Positions 18,260 through 26,930 of a stretch of 64,000 bases of DNA are shown here, piece after piece; position 1 is the stretch's first letter; every line of letters starts with the position of its first letter. Under the pieces are notes generated by a model. The model was not told the origin of the DNA. It saw only the letters and a list, made by a program, of their open reading frames with translations, and made no database searches. This DNA comes from Alkalispirochaeta sp. (GTDB taxonomy: Bacteria > Spirochaetota > Spirochaetia > DSM-27196 > Alkalispirochaetaceae). The stretch spans positions 4,989,414 through 5,053,413 of the forward strand of contig OZ271854.1 in assembly GCA_965601925.1 (NCBI GenBank), given 5' to 3'. The position numbers and the translations under genes were made by a program.

Positions 18260-19503
18260 CGATTCTCGAGTTCCGAAAGGCGCCGATGGAGATAGCGGCG
18301 TTCCGGTTCCTGGCGGGCGAGCTCCAGAGCGCGCCGGTACGCGGCGACCGACTCGGTGACGCTCCCTTGACGGCGCAGAAGATCCGCGAGTGTCGCGTGA
18401 GCCAAATGGTATGTCGAAAGGTCGTTGCGTTCCAGTATTGCATTGACCAACCGGATACCGGCGGCCGGGCCGTCGCGCATCGCGACGGCGACGGCCCGGT
18501 TGAGCTCGGCGACCGGCGATCGGTCCACCGTCAGCAAGAGATCGTACAGCACGACGATGCGGGACCAGTTCGTATGTGTCGGTTGGGAGGCGCCGGCGTG
18601 CTCTGCGGCGATTGCGGCTTGTACCGTATACGGCCCGATACGACGCGAGGCCATGGCGCGACCGACGAGACCCAACCCTTCAGTGATCTGAGCTCGGTTC
18701 CATAGCGATCGATCCTGGTCCTCCAGCGTTATGATATCGCCGTCGACCGTGGTGCGCGCATCGCGGCGGGAGTCGTGAAGGAGCGTCAGCGCGAGGAGCC
18801 CCAGCGCTTCGGAGTCGGGGATAAGCTCCGCCGTAAGCCGCGCCAGGCGAATGGCCTCTCCCGTAAGATCGGATCGCGTGACATCGTCGCCCACCGACGC
18901 CGCGTAGCCTTCGTTAAACACCAAGTAGATTATGCGTAACACGGCGTCGAGTCGCGCGGGAAGATGCCGTGCCGACGGCAGCTCGAAGGGTATCCTACGC
19001 TCACGAATGCGGTTCTTGGCACGTACGATACGTTGCGCCACGGCTGAGGTTTTCGTAAGGTACGCCCGCGCGATCTCCTCGGTCGTGAGCCCACACACTT
19101 CTCGCAGTGTCAGCGCGATGCGGGCGTCGTCGGACAGGTCGGGATGGCAACAGAGAAAGATGAGGCGCAGTTGATCGTCGGCGACCTCTTTCGGCGTGGT
19201 GACATCGTCGGTTGCCGCCACGTCCCCCTCTCGACCACACAGCGACTCGAACCGGGCGCGACGCCGTCGGGCATCAATTGCCTTAAATCGTCCCGTTGAA
19301 ACGAGCCAGGCGTACGGATTGGCCGGCACGCCGTCTCTCGGCCACTGTTCGAGGGCTGCGCGAAAGGCGATGTGCAGCGCATCCTCGGCGTAGTCGAGGT
19401 CACCGAGGAGGCGAACCAAGGTCGCCAGGACGCGGCGCGATTCAGAGCGGTAGACCGCGTCTACCGCCGCGTTCACGTCTTCGGAATCATTCGTAGCGTT
19501 CAA
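18256..19503 (-). CDS. ECF sigma factor with C-terminal TPR extension (ECF42 type)
   Basis: AEDALH, DDQLRLIFLCCHP, ALTLREVCGLTTEEIA, IYLVFNEGY, GPYTVQAAIAAEH, LNRAVA. Downstream of a DGPF gene. Confidence 0.92.
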   Translation of the reverse strand: MNATNDSEDVNAAVDAVYRSESRRVLATLVRLLGDLDYAEDALHIAFRAALEQWPRDGVPANPYAWLVSTGRFKAIDARRRRARFESLCGREGDVAATDDVTTPKEVADDQLRLIFLCCHPDLSDDARIALTLREVCGLTTEEIARAYLTKTSAVAQRIVRAKNRIRERRIPFELPSARHLPARLDAVLRIIYLVFNEGYAASVGDDVTRSDLTGEAIRLARLTAELIPDSEALGLLALTLLHDSRRDARTTVDGDIITLEDQDRSLWNRAQITEGLGLVGRAMASRRIGPYTVQAAIAAEHAGASQPTHTNWSRIVVLYDLLLTVDRSPVAELNRAVAVAMRDGPAAGIRLVNAILERNDLSTYHLAHATLADLLRRQGSVTESVAAYRRALELARQEPERRYLHRRLSELENR

Positions 19504-19544
19504 CGGTGTACACGTTCATCGACGGGCCGACGTCGCGTGGCGCG

Positions 19545-19570
19545 GTCGGCGCGCTACGCTCTACTCGACA
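19545..19570 (-). promoter_or_regulatory. Candidate ECF42-type promoter upstream of the ECF gene
   Basis: TGTCGA-N16-CGAC on the minus strand. Confidence 0.4.
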
Positions 19571-19641
19571 GTCGCACGTTTCGCCCCGGCGTCCACGCGT
19601 TTTTTTCCTCTCCTGCTCGTCGTGTACCTGAGCACGGTATC

Positions 19642-20067
19642 TCATCGGCCGGGCTCGATCTCTTTACGCATGGCAGCTTCCGCCTCGCGAAGTTCCGGAG
19701 TGAACTCCTCACCAAAGTCGTCGTCCTCAAAGACGGGTCGGATTTCCAGCAGGCTCTCCTCTCCGGTAGCGTTGGGGCACCGCTTGGCCCACGCGATCGC
19801 ATCCTCCATCGAGTCGACCTTCCAAAGCCAGTAACCCGCTATAAGCTCCTTGGTTTCCGCAAAGGGGCCGTCCACCACGCTTCGCGCGTCGCCCGAGAAG
19901 CGGACGCGTACGCCGCGAGAACTCGGATGGAGTCCCTCGCCACCCACCATGACGCCGGCGTCCACCAACTCTTGATTGTAGGCGACCATGGCTGTCAACA
20001 GCTCGTTACTCGGTAGAACGCCGGCTTCCGAATCTTTGCTCGCTTTCACCAACACCATTACTCTCAT
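19642..20067 (-). CDS. YciI/DGPF-family protein
   Basis: GEGLHPSS, VDGPFAETKELIAGYW, EIRP. AGGAGG RBS. Confidence 0.93.
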   Translation of the reverse strand: MRVMVLVKASKDSEAGVLPSNELLTAMVAYNQELVDAGVMVGGEGLHPSSRGVRVRFSGDARSVVDGPFAETKELIAGYWLWKVDSMEDAIAWAKRCPNATGEESLLEIRPVFEDDDFGEEFTPELREAEAAMRKEIEPGR

Positions 20068-20085
20068 AGTGCCTCCTACATATTA

Positions 20086-20112
20086 GTCGAACTACGGGCT
20101 CCGCTTTCGACA
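20086..20112 (-). promoter_or_regulatory. ECF42-type promoter of the DGPF gene
   Basis: TGTCGA-N17-CGAC immediately upstream of the RBS, matching the TGTCGA / CGWC consensus known for ECF42. Confidence 0.65.
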
Positions 20113-20191
20113 AGATAATTCATTTCTACCTCGCCATCGTAGGACGACACCATGCGAGAGCTGCACGCCTCCATGCGGTCGGCACCGTACT

Positions 20192-21373
20192 CTACAGCGT
20201 GACGGCCACTTTGCCGCGGGCGTGTCCCCCCTCGATGTAGTCGATCGCTCGGGGTAGCTCCTCGAAGGGGTAACGACGATCGATTACCGGCGAGACCCGA
20301 CCCGACTCCACGAGATCGGCGAGCACTTCCAGGTCCTCGGCGGTCGTTTTAGCGAGCAAGAATCCGACATGTCGTCCACCGGGCTTCGGCCCTTTGCGCG
20401 CCTGCATCGATATCGCGAAAACTCGCCCGATGGACGTAAACCCGACGACGACCGCGACTCCACCGGGAGTTAAGGCCCGTTTGAGCTCGGACGCCGAGTG
20501 GTTTCCCACGGTATCGCAGATCACATCGTATCGCGTGCCGAGTGAGGTACCGTCATCACGATGGGGATCGATCATTTCATCCACGGCGACGGAACCGCTC
20601 GGTTTGCCGGCCCCGACGCCGCCGGCACCGTTCACGCGGACTCCGAGAGAACTGGAGAGGATTCCGCCGGGAGTACGGGCCGGCCCGGGTTTGGAGGTCC
20701 GACGGCTCGCCACGGCGTCGCGGATAGTGCGGTGTCGCTCGCCGGAGGCAGTGAAATCTTCACGGTGGTAGTCGATCATCTCGTCCGCGCCGATGGAACG
20801 GACCATGTCGTGATTTCCCGCGCTGCTTACGCCGGTCACATGAGCTCCAAACGCCTTGGCGATTTGGACGGCGTACGTTCCTACCCCGCCCGACGCTCCG
20901 TTGACGAGAACTCTCTGCCCCGCACGAAGCCGCCCGCCGTCCCGCAAGGCCTGAAGCGCGGTGAGTCCCGCAATGGGAAGCGTCGCCGCCTCGTCGAACG
21001 AGATACCGACCGGTTTTTCGGCGAGTTGATCCTGCGTTGCGCAGACGCGTTGGGCAAAGGCGCCGAGCATACGTTCGCCGTGCGTGCAGGCGCCGAACAC
21101 CTCGTCCCCGGGTCGAAAGCGCGTCACCTTCGGACCCACAGCGACGACCACGCCGGCAAGGTCGGCGCCGATTATCGCGCGTTTGGGCCGCAGCAGGCCG
21201 GCGGAGAGTCGCGTCAACTTCGGCATACCCCGAAGATAGTGCCAATCGTAGGGATTGACCGAGACGCCTCGGACATCGATAAGGACCTCGTTTTCGCCCG
21301 GGATCGGTTCGGCGACCTCTTCGAGATGCATCACTTCGGGCCCACCGTAGCGACGGCTCACATAGGCCCTCAT
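20192..21373 (-). CDS. NAD(P)-dependent zinc-independent MDR oxidoreductase with a ~68-aa internal insertion
   Basis: SVNPYDW, GADLAG, PIAGLTALQ, VLVNGASGGVG, PVIDRRY, HARGKV. Confidence 0.9.
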   Translation of the reverse strand: MRAYVSRRYGGPEVMHLEEVAEPIPGENEVLIDVRGVSVNPYDWHYLRGMPKLTRLSAGLLRPKRAIIGADLAGVVVAVGPKVTRFRPGDEVFGACTHGERMLGAFAQRVCATQDQLAEKPVGISFDEAATLPIAGLTALQALRDGGRLRAGQRVLVNGASGGVGTYAVQIAKAFGAHVTGVSSAGNHDMVRSIGADEMIDYHREDFTASGERHRTIRDAVASRRTSKPGPARTPGGILSSSLGVRVNGAGGVGAGKPSGSVAVDEMIDPHRDDGTSLGTRYDVICDTVGNHSASELKRALTPGGVAVVVGFTSIGRVFAISMQARKGPKPGGRHVGFLLAKTTAEDLEVLADLVESGRVSPVIDRRYPFEELPRAIDYIEGGHARGKVAVTL

Positions 21374-21732
21374 GATTGCTCCTCCTCATTCATGTATTGC
21401 TTCAAATGTCGCCGTCGCCGCCGGTCGCTGCGTTTACTTCCTCGGTCGTTTGAGTTACCGAATCCTTTGAAGAAAATACAGCTGAGCACGAGCAAACCCG
21501 CCGTCTGCCAATAGGTGATCGTCGGCAGATTGAAGATCTCCGGCATCAACCGGTTCCACAGGAGCATGGTTACCAGGATTACCACCGCGAAGAAACCCGC
21601 GGCCAGAATCGCGAAACCGATTCCCATAAGAATCTTGATGGGCAGGCTACGCTCCCCCCACCAACCGTCGGAGCCGCACCACCCGTCCGATCGCCGCTCG
21701 TCGTCCTTGGGGCCGTTGTCTTGATCCGTCAT
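21370..21732 (-). CDS. Small hypothetical membrane protein downstream of an ECF sigma
   Basis: Two hydrophobic helices around LWNRLMPEIFNLPTITYWQTAGLL; basic C-tail; ATGA coupling to the MDR gene. Confidence 0.8.
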   Translation of the reverse strand: MTDQDNGPKDDERRSDGWCGSDGWWGERSLPIKILMGIGFAILAAGFFAVVILVTMLLWNRLMPEIFNLPTITYWQTAGLLVLSCIFFKGFGNSNDRGSKRSDRRRRRHLKQYMNEEEQS

Positions 21733-21774
21733 ACCGTTCCTCCCCGGGCTCCGATCTCCTCGGGCGCCCGCTTA

Positions 21775-22329
21775 TTACTCGTTGATCCAGTGCCGCAGGG
21801 CACGGGAGAGATTCTTCACCGCATACCGTTTTCGAGCTTTGAGAGTGTCGACGCTCACCCCCATCGTCCTCGCCATGGATTGAAAGGTCTGCCCGCCGAA
21901 AACCTGAGCCTCGATTACGCGCCGCTGTTCGGTTGGAAGCACCCGAATGGCGTCGTTCAGAGCGTCGATGAGAGAGGACCGAACATACCCCTCGAGAGGA
22001 TCCAGACCGGCACCGGCGATGATTTCACACAACAGTTCTTCGGCGATATCGGTCTCTCCGGACGACCGCCGAACCCGCTCGTGACGCCAGAGGTCTATCA
22101 TCCGCCGAGTGATGGATGAGTAGATCCACGCCGATAGGTTGCGAATACCGTCCAGCACCGACAAGCTCTCGATCGTGTCGACGTACACGTCGTGAAGCAG
22201 GTCCTCCGCCTCCTCCAAGCTCCGACCGGCCGAGCGCATTCGCGCCATCATCCGCGGCTTCTCTCTGATGTAGGTCGCCTCGACGCGCCGGTGCGAGTCG
22301 CTTTCCTGTACGGCCGATTCTTTCTTCAT
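21775..22329 (-). CDS. ECF-type RNA polymerase sigma factor
   Basis: EAEDLLHDVY, SAWIY, MIDLWR (region 2); LPTEQRRV...GVSVDTLKARKRYA (region 4). Confidence 0.9.
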   Translation of the reverse strand: MKKESAVQESDSHRRVEATYIREKPRMMARMRSAGRSLEEAEDLLHDVYVDTIESLSVLDGIRNLSAWIYSSITRRMIDLWRHERVRRSSGETDIAEELLCEIIAGAGLDPLEGYVRSSLIDALNDAIRVLPTEQRRVIEAQVFGGQTFQSMARTMGVSVDTLKARKRYAVKNLSRALRHWINE

Positions 22330-22521
22330 AGCGTTCGGTGATATAGACGGATCAATACCGTTTTGGGTGTGTCGAATGTACAGTTTTTACCGCTCGGGAG
22401 CGCCGTGGTCGCCTCGATGCGCCTCTTTCAAGGGAGCGGCATCGAGGCCCAACGATTTCGAGGCGTTCGTCGAGGAAGAGCTCAATGGGCGTACGCCGCG
22501 TTTCCGTGTACATTTGAGGCG

Positions 22522-23103
22522 ATGGCTTGGAGCGTATTCTTCCGAGTGCCCGAGGCGGAACTTCTCGAGAGAAGAAACGACGTCTTTGTTGAGCGAGGAA
22601 TCCCGGCGTTGAGGTGGAACGGATTCAGCCGCTCGCCCTTCCGGGGCACGTGGTTCGGAAAGGACGATACGGGCGATTACGAATACGAGCTGTGCAGATT
22701 ATCGAACGACGCGCAGTTGGAAATCATCTCGGTGTACATCTCCTCGGGAGATACGTGGATCAAAATACACTTGAACGTCTTCGCACTACGCCCCGACGTG
22801 CATTCCCTGGAACGGTTGGAAGGGGTAGATGGACTGAAGTTTCATCTTCCGCCGAACAGCATCTCCAAAATGCGGTTACGCATTGACGATTACCGCGGGA
22901 TGCCCCTTTTTCGAACGAAAGAGCATAAAATCGGGCGTTATCACTCTCAAAGCGGTTTCGAGCGCGCTCTACGCGCGCTGGGCGACCTCATCGAGCACGA
23001 TCTGTCGAATATTCGGTATTTCGTTGAGAGATGGTTTGAGATGCATCATATCCGCGCAACCACCTGGGAAGGCGAAGCCGTACCCGATCCGCACGCATCG
23101 TAA
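22522..23103 (+). CDS. Hypothetical soluble protein
   Basis: Globular-looking 193-aa frame from ATG 22522 after GAGG; no recognised motif. Confidence 0.65.
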   Translation: MAWSVFFRVPEAELLERRNDVFVERGIPALRWNGFSRSPFRGTWFGKDDTGDYEYELCRLSNDAQLEIISVYISSGDTWIKIHLNVFALRPDVHSLERLEGVDGLKFHLPPNSISKMRLRIDDYRGMPLFRTKEHKIGRYHSQSGFERALRALGDLIEHDLSNIRYFVERWFEMHHIRATTWEGEAVPDPHAS

Positions 23104-23117
23104 TCGGTAAAGTCGCA

Positions 23118-24011
23118 TCACGCGTTGAGCTCGACCTCGGGCGAGGCGCTTCCGGTACCGAGGGCGACTATGCCGACGGTGAGAACGCCTAAGCCTATGA
23201 CCGACCACGGTCCTATCCGCGATCCGTCGACCAAGGCGGCGGTCAAAAGAAGGGGAAGTGCGACGTAGGCGACGTTGTACACCGCTCCCATGACCGACGC
23301 GCGGCACGAGCGGATGTACGACCACTGAATCATGCCGAAGGCCCCCGCCGCACCCAGAAAACTCGCTCCGAATAGCCACCATCCGCCCGCGTCGGTGGGA
23401 AGCAGCGTGTTCTGGGCCGCCCCGGCCTGCGAGACTCCCTTGACGACCGCCTCCAGCGCCGCAAGACCACCGGCAAAAAATCCGAAGAATATCTCCTGCA
23501 CCGGTAGAGAGCGCCCTTTGAGCGCGATGGACCCCACCGGCGAGACCACGATCCATACAACGGCAATCGTAATCAGGAGCGTTCGGTCGGCCGTGAATAG
23601 TGACACGCGATCGCCGAGAAGGTTTCCCGCGCCGACCAGGAGCGTACCGACCAGCACCACGGCGATACCGACGAGCTGCTTGAGGTGTATCTCCTCACCC
23701 AGTACGAGGCGAGCGAAGATGACCAGTGCGACCAACCCGACGCCGTACATAGAAGTGTAGAAGACCGTCGGTGCAAAGCGGTTGGCCAGGATAACCCACA
23801 GAGGATTGGTAAAGTTCATCGCGACCCCGATGGTGTAGGCAACCGACGCGCGCCGCCGCGCGGAGGGATCGGCGTCCCCCAGTTGCATGCCGGTAATACC
23901 GAGGCGCATCATTCCCTTGGAAAGGTGGATCGTCGTTGTACCGGCAATCCCGATCGCCATGGCAATCACAGCGCCGAGACGTTCGTCGATGATCATCGGG
24001 TGAAGATACAC
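23118..24011 (-). CDS. Multi-pass membrane protein, DMT/EamA-like
   Basis: About 9-10 hydrophobic helices; FARLVLGEEI...QLVGIAVVLVGTLLV DMT-like motif. Confidence 0.7.
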   Translation of the reverse strand: MYLHPMIIDERLGAVIAMAIGIAGTTTIHLSKGMMRLGITGMQLGDADPSARRRASVAYTIGVAMNFTNPLWVILANRFAPTVFYTSMYGVGLVALVIFARLVLGEEIHLKQLVGIAVVLVGTLLVGAGNLLGDRVSLFTADRTLLITIAVVWIVVSPVGSIALKGRSLPVQEIFFGFFAGGLAALEAVVKGVSQAGAAQNTLLPTDAGGWWLFGASFLGAAGAFGMIQWSYIRSCRASVMGAVYNVAYVALPLLLTAALVDGSRIGPWSVIGLGVLTVGIVALGTGSASPEVELNA

Positions 24012-24077
24012 CTATTACGACGCAAAATCGACGTATCGCTCCCCACGCAACGGCATGCGCGAGACGCCGTCTACCGG

Positions 24078-25139
24078 TTAATGCACAACAGGAGGCGTTA
24101 TGATTCCGCGGTCGTAGTACATGTAGTGAATCGCGCCGTCGGCGGTTCCCAATCGTTCACCGCGCCGCACCACCTCATCGTCGCTACGGTGCGTATCGCG
24201 TAACCCCGATACGACGACGGTCTGGCCGGTATGTCGGTTCGTCACCTGTACTCGGAGTCCCAACACGGTATCGCGATGCACGTTCACCTCCCCCGCCACG
24301 GGGGAGACGACCGCGACGGGTCCTTCCGCTCGCGGTGTAAGGACCACTCCCGCCGGCGTCGGCTCGCCGGGCGTACCTTCGACGTACTCTTGGTGGAACG
24401 GTACTACCAACGGCGATCCGGACGGCCTATCGGGCGCGTACTCGGCGATGGTACGATCGCGCCACCGTAACGCGAACCGATCGTGCAGCCACTGCGCAGC
24501 GTTGACATCCGCGACCCAGTCGAGACCGGGACTATGGGAACTCGCGATGGAAAGATGCAAGTGCTCTTCGATGTACTGCGTCGCGTTCCCCGTTCGTCCG
24601 ATCTCACCGAGCCTCTGACCGGCCGCAACGCGGGCGCTCGTCTCGATCCACGTCGTATCCAGGTGGGCGTAGTAGTACTGATATCCGTCGTCACCGCGAA
24701 GGATAAGCGCGATTCCGCCGGCGGGATTGTCGGAGCGAGTCACCTCGCCGTCGGTGATCGCCACCACCGACCGAACACCGAAGGCGCGAAAAAGGGACGA
24801 GCCCGCCGGAACGGCCGGATCGATCTCGATATCGACGGCGTTACTCCCGTCCCAGTGGATATACGTCCACGAGAGAAAGTCGAGTTCCCCGGCAACGGGG
24901 AACACGTGCCGCCCGTCACGGGAGAAATGGAGGTACTCCTCATCCCCGTGCGCACGGCGACGCTCCCACCATACATACGTCGACAGCGAGGCCAACGCGG
25001 CAAGGGCAAGCGCTGCGACGATGATGTATCGACTCCACGGCCGCTTTCGCCCGAAGCGCCGGGGAAGCGCCGGCTCTTCACTCGATCCGGCGTTACCGGG
25101 AGGTACTATTTCATTCGTCATCACATTGAATATCGGCAC
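24078..25139 (-). CDS. Membrane-anchored M23-family metallopeptidase with a second degenerate M23-like domain
   Basis: N-terminal TM; H...AVDI, VAITDGEV, YYYAHL, IGRTGNA, EHLHLSI. The C-terminal repeat (VSPVAGEV...VRRGERLG...IHY) lacks the HxH. Confidence 0.8.
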   Translation of the reverse strand: MPIFNVMTNEIVPPGNAGSSEEPALPRRFGRKRPWSRYIIVAALALAALASLSTYVWWERRRAHGDEEYLHFSRDGRHVFPVAGELDFLSWTYIHWDGSNAVDIEIDPAVPAGSSLFRAFGVRSVVAITDGEVTRSDNPAGGIALILRGDDGYQYYYAHLDTTWIETSARVAAGQRLGEIGRTGNATQYIEEHLHLSIASSHSPGLDWVADVNAAQWLHDRFALRWRDRTIAEYAPDRPSGSPLVVPFHQEYVEGTPGEPTPAGVVLTPRAEGPVAVVSPVAGEVNVHRDTVLGLRVQVTNRHTGQTVVVSGLRDTHRSDDEVVRRGERLGTADGAIHYMYYDRGIITPPVVH

Positions 25140-25185
25140 ATTGGCCCGGTATCAGTGAATCCCGCCCGCTCGCGCTGTACAACGC

Positions 25186-26001
25186 TTAATAGCGTTCCAG
25201 GAGCCGGTGGAGCGCATCCCCCAAAAGGTGGAACGTTAGTGACGATATGGTCAGCGCTACGCCGGGAACGATGATAAGCCACGGCGCGTCCGCGGCGTAG
25301 AGGCGGCCTTCGGCCAACACGGCTCCCAACTCGGGAGCGGGGGGCTGCGCACCGAATCCGAGAAAGCTGAGCGCCCCGACCACCAGAATCATCGTCCCGA
25401 CCCGCCCGCTGAAAAAGATACTCAAGGAGGGCAGCAGATGCGGGACGACGTGCCGTGTCAGAAGCCATTGACGATCGGCGCCGCAGCTCACCGAGGCGTC
25501 GATAAAGGGACGCGACAACACGCCGCGGGCGCGATCATACACGAATCGCCCGGTTCCCGGGATCGCCGCGATACCGAGGGCTGCGGTGATGCTCATCTGG
25601 GACGGACCGAAGGTGGCGGCGAAAACGAGTACGAGCAGAAATCCGGGAAAGGCGAGCGCAGAGGTGAGCAGCCCCGCCAGGAGTCCCGGTATCGACTTTC
25701 GAGCCGCCGATAGGCCGAGGGGCACCCCGAAAGTCGCCGCCAAAGCGACCGCACCGAGGGCGCTGGCCACGGTTCGGTGCGCTCCCAGTACGACGCGGCC
25801 GGCGAGGTCGCGCCCGAGCGCGTCGGTTCCCAGCGTATGTGTGTCCGAGGGCGGGAGGAGACGTTCGTCGACGGAGATCGTCGTCGGATCACCGTTAACG
25901 AGCCACGCGCCGGCAAACATCGCGAGTATCGCTCCGGCCGCAACGCAGATCGGACCCAATCGCGACGCCCTTATCGCAATCGCTCGCACGTGCTTCGTCA
26001 T
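25186..26001 (-). CDS. Peptide/nickel-family ABC permease (DppC/OppC type)
   Basis: HTLGTDALGRD, FIDASVSCGA (EAA loop), RHVVP, LSFLGFGAQPPAPELG. Confidence 0.92.
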   Translation of the reverse strand: MTKHVRAIAIRASRLGPICVAAGAILAMFAGAWLVNGDPTTISVDERLLPPSDTHTLGTDALGRDLAGRVVLGAHRTVASALGAVALAATFGVPLGLSAARKSIPGLLAGLLTSALAFPGFLLVLVFAATFGPSQMSITAALGIAAIPGTGRFVYDRARGVLSRPFIDASVSCGADRQWLLTRHVVPHLLPSLSIFFSGRVGTMILVVGALSFLGFGAQPPAPELGAVLAEGRLYAADAPWLIIVPGVALTISSLTFHLLGDALHRLLERY

Positions 26002-26930
26002 CGCGAAGACGTCCGGCGACTCACCCGGCGCATAGGGTCGACCACCGGCAGGGCGAGGTCGATCACGGCAATTAACACAACGGTGACCGTCGCAAAGGCT
26101 ATAACCGCCCCCAGCAAGACCGGCCCGTCACGTCCGAGTGCCGCGTCGACGGCAAGACTCGCCAGCCCGGGACGGCCAAATACCGCTTCGATAACGGCGA
26201 CCCCCGAGACGAGATGGATAACTTGGAGCGCCCAATAGTTGAGCACCGCGGCAAGCAACGCCGGTGCCGTGTGACGCCTTAGAATGGTGGCGCGCCCCAA
26301 CCCTTTCGCGCGAGCGACGACGAGAAAGTCCCGGCGTCTCACCTCGATCACGGCGGCGCGCACCTGTCGCGCGGTACCCGGGACGAGCGGCATCGCCGCG
26401 GTAAGGGTCGGTAATATGAGATGACGCGGCGTTCCGACGCCGAACACCGGCATCCACCGCAGACGGACTGCAAACAGCCCGACAAGCAGCAGCGCAACCC
26501 AAAAGGCCGGAATCCCGGCGATTACCCCGATGCTCAACCTCAAAAGGCGATCGGTGAACGAACGTGGGCGTAGCCCCGCAGCGAGCCCGACCGCGCCGCC
26601 GATAAGGAGCGTGGCGGCAAAAGCGGTTACGGCGAGTATCATCGTATACGGCAACCGCCGGGCGACCAGGGATCGCACCGTTCGTCCCGTACGGAGCGAA
26701 CGGCCCCAATCGCCCCGAGCAAGCCCCGCGACGTACCGTGCGAATCGCACGACGGTCGGATCCGAGAGTCCCAGTTCGTCGCGCAGTGTCTCCGTCCGCT
26801 CGTCCTCCATCGGGGCGTCCAGGGCGTCGAGCACGTCTCCGGGAAGCAACTCCAAGAGAAAAAAGACCACCGTCACCACGACACCAACCGAGACAACCGA
26901 CGACAGAAGAGCGCCGACAACCCGCCTCAG
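25998..26930 (-). CDS. Peptide/nickel-family ABC permease (DppB/OppB type)
   Basis: LLPGD, LGL, GDWGRS, RLPYT, IPAFW, ARAKGL, IEAVFGRPGL, VDP. A complete first TM needs CTG 26930; the first GTG is at 26879. Confidence 0.92.
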   Translation of the reverse strand: MRRVVGALLSSVVSVGVVVTVVFFLLELLPGDVLDALDAPMEDERTETLRDELGLSDPTVVRFARYVAGLARGDWGRSLRTGRTVRSLVARRLPYTMILAVTAFAATLLIGGAVGLAAGLRPRSFTDRLLRLSIGVIAGIPAFWVALLLVGLFAVRLRWMPVFGVGTPRHLILPTLTAAMPLVPGTARQVRAAVIEVRRRDFLVVARAKGLGRATILRRHTAPALLAAVLNYWALQVIHLVSGVAVIEAVFGRPGLASLAVDAALGRDGPVLLGAVIAFATVTVVLIAVIDLALPVVDPMRRVSRRTSSR

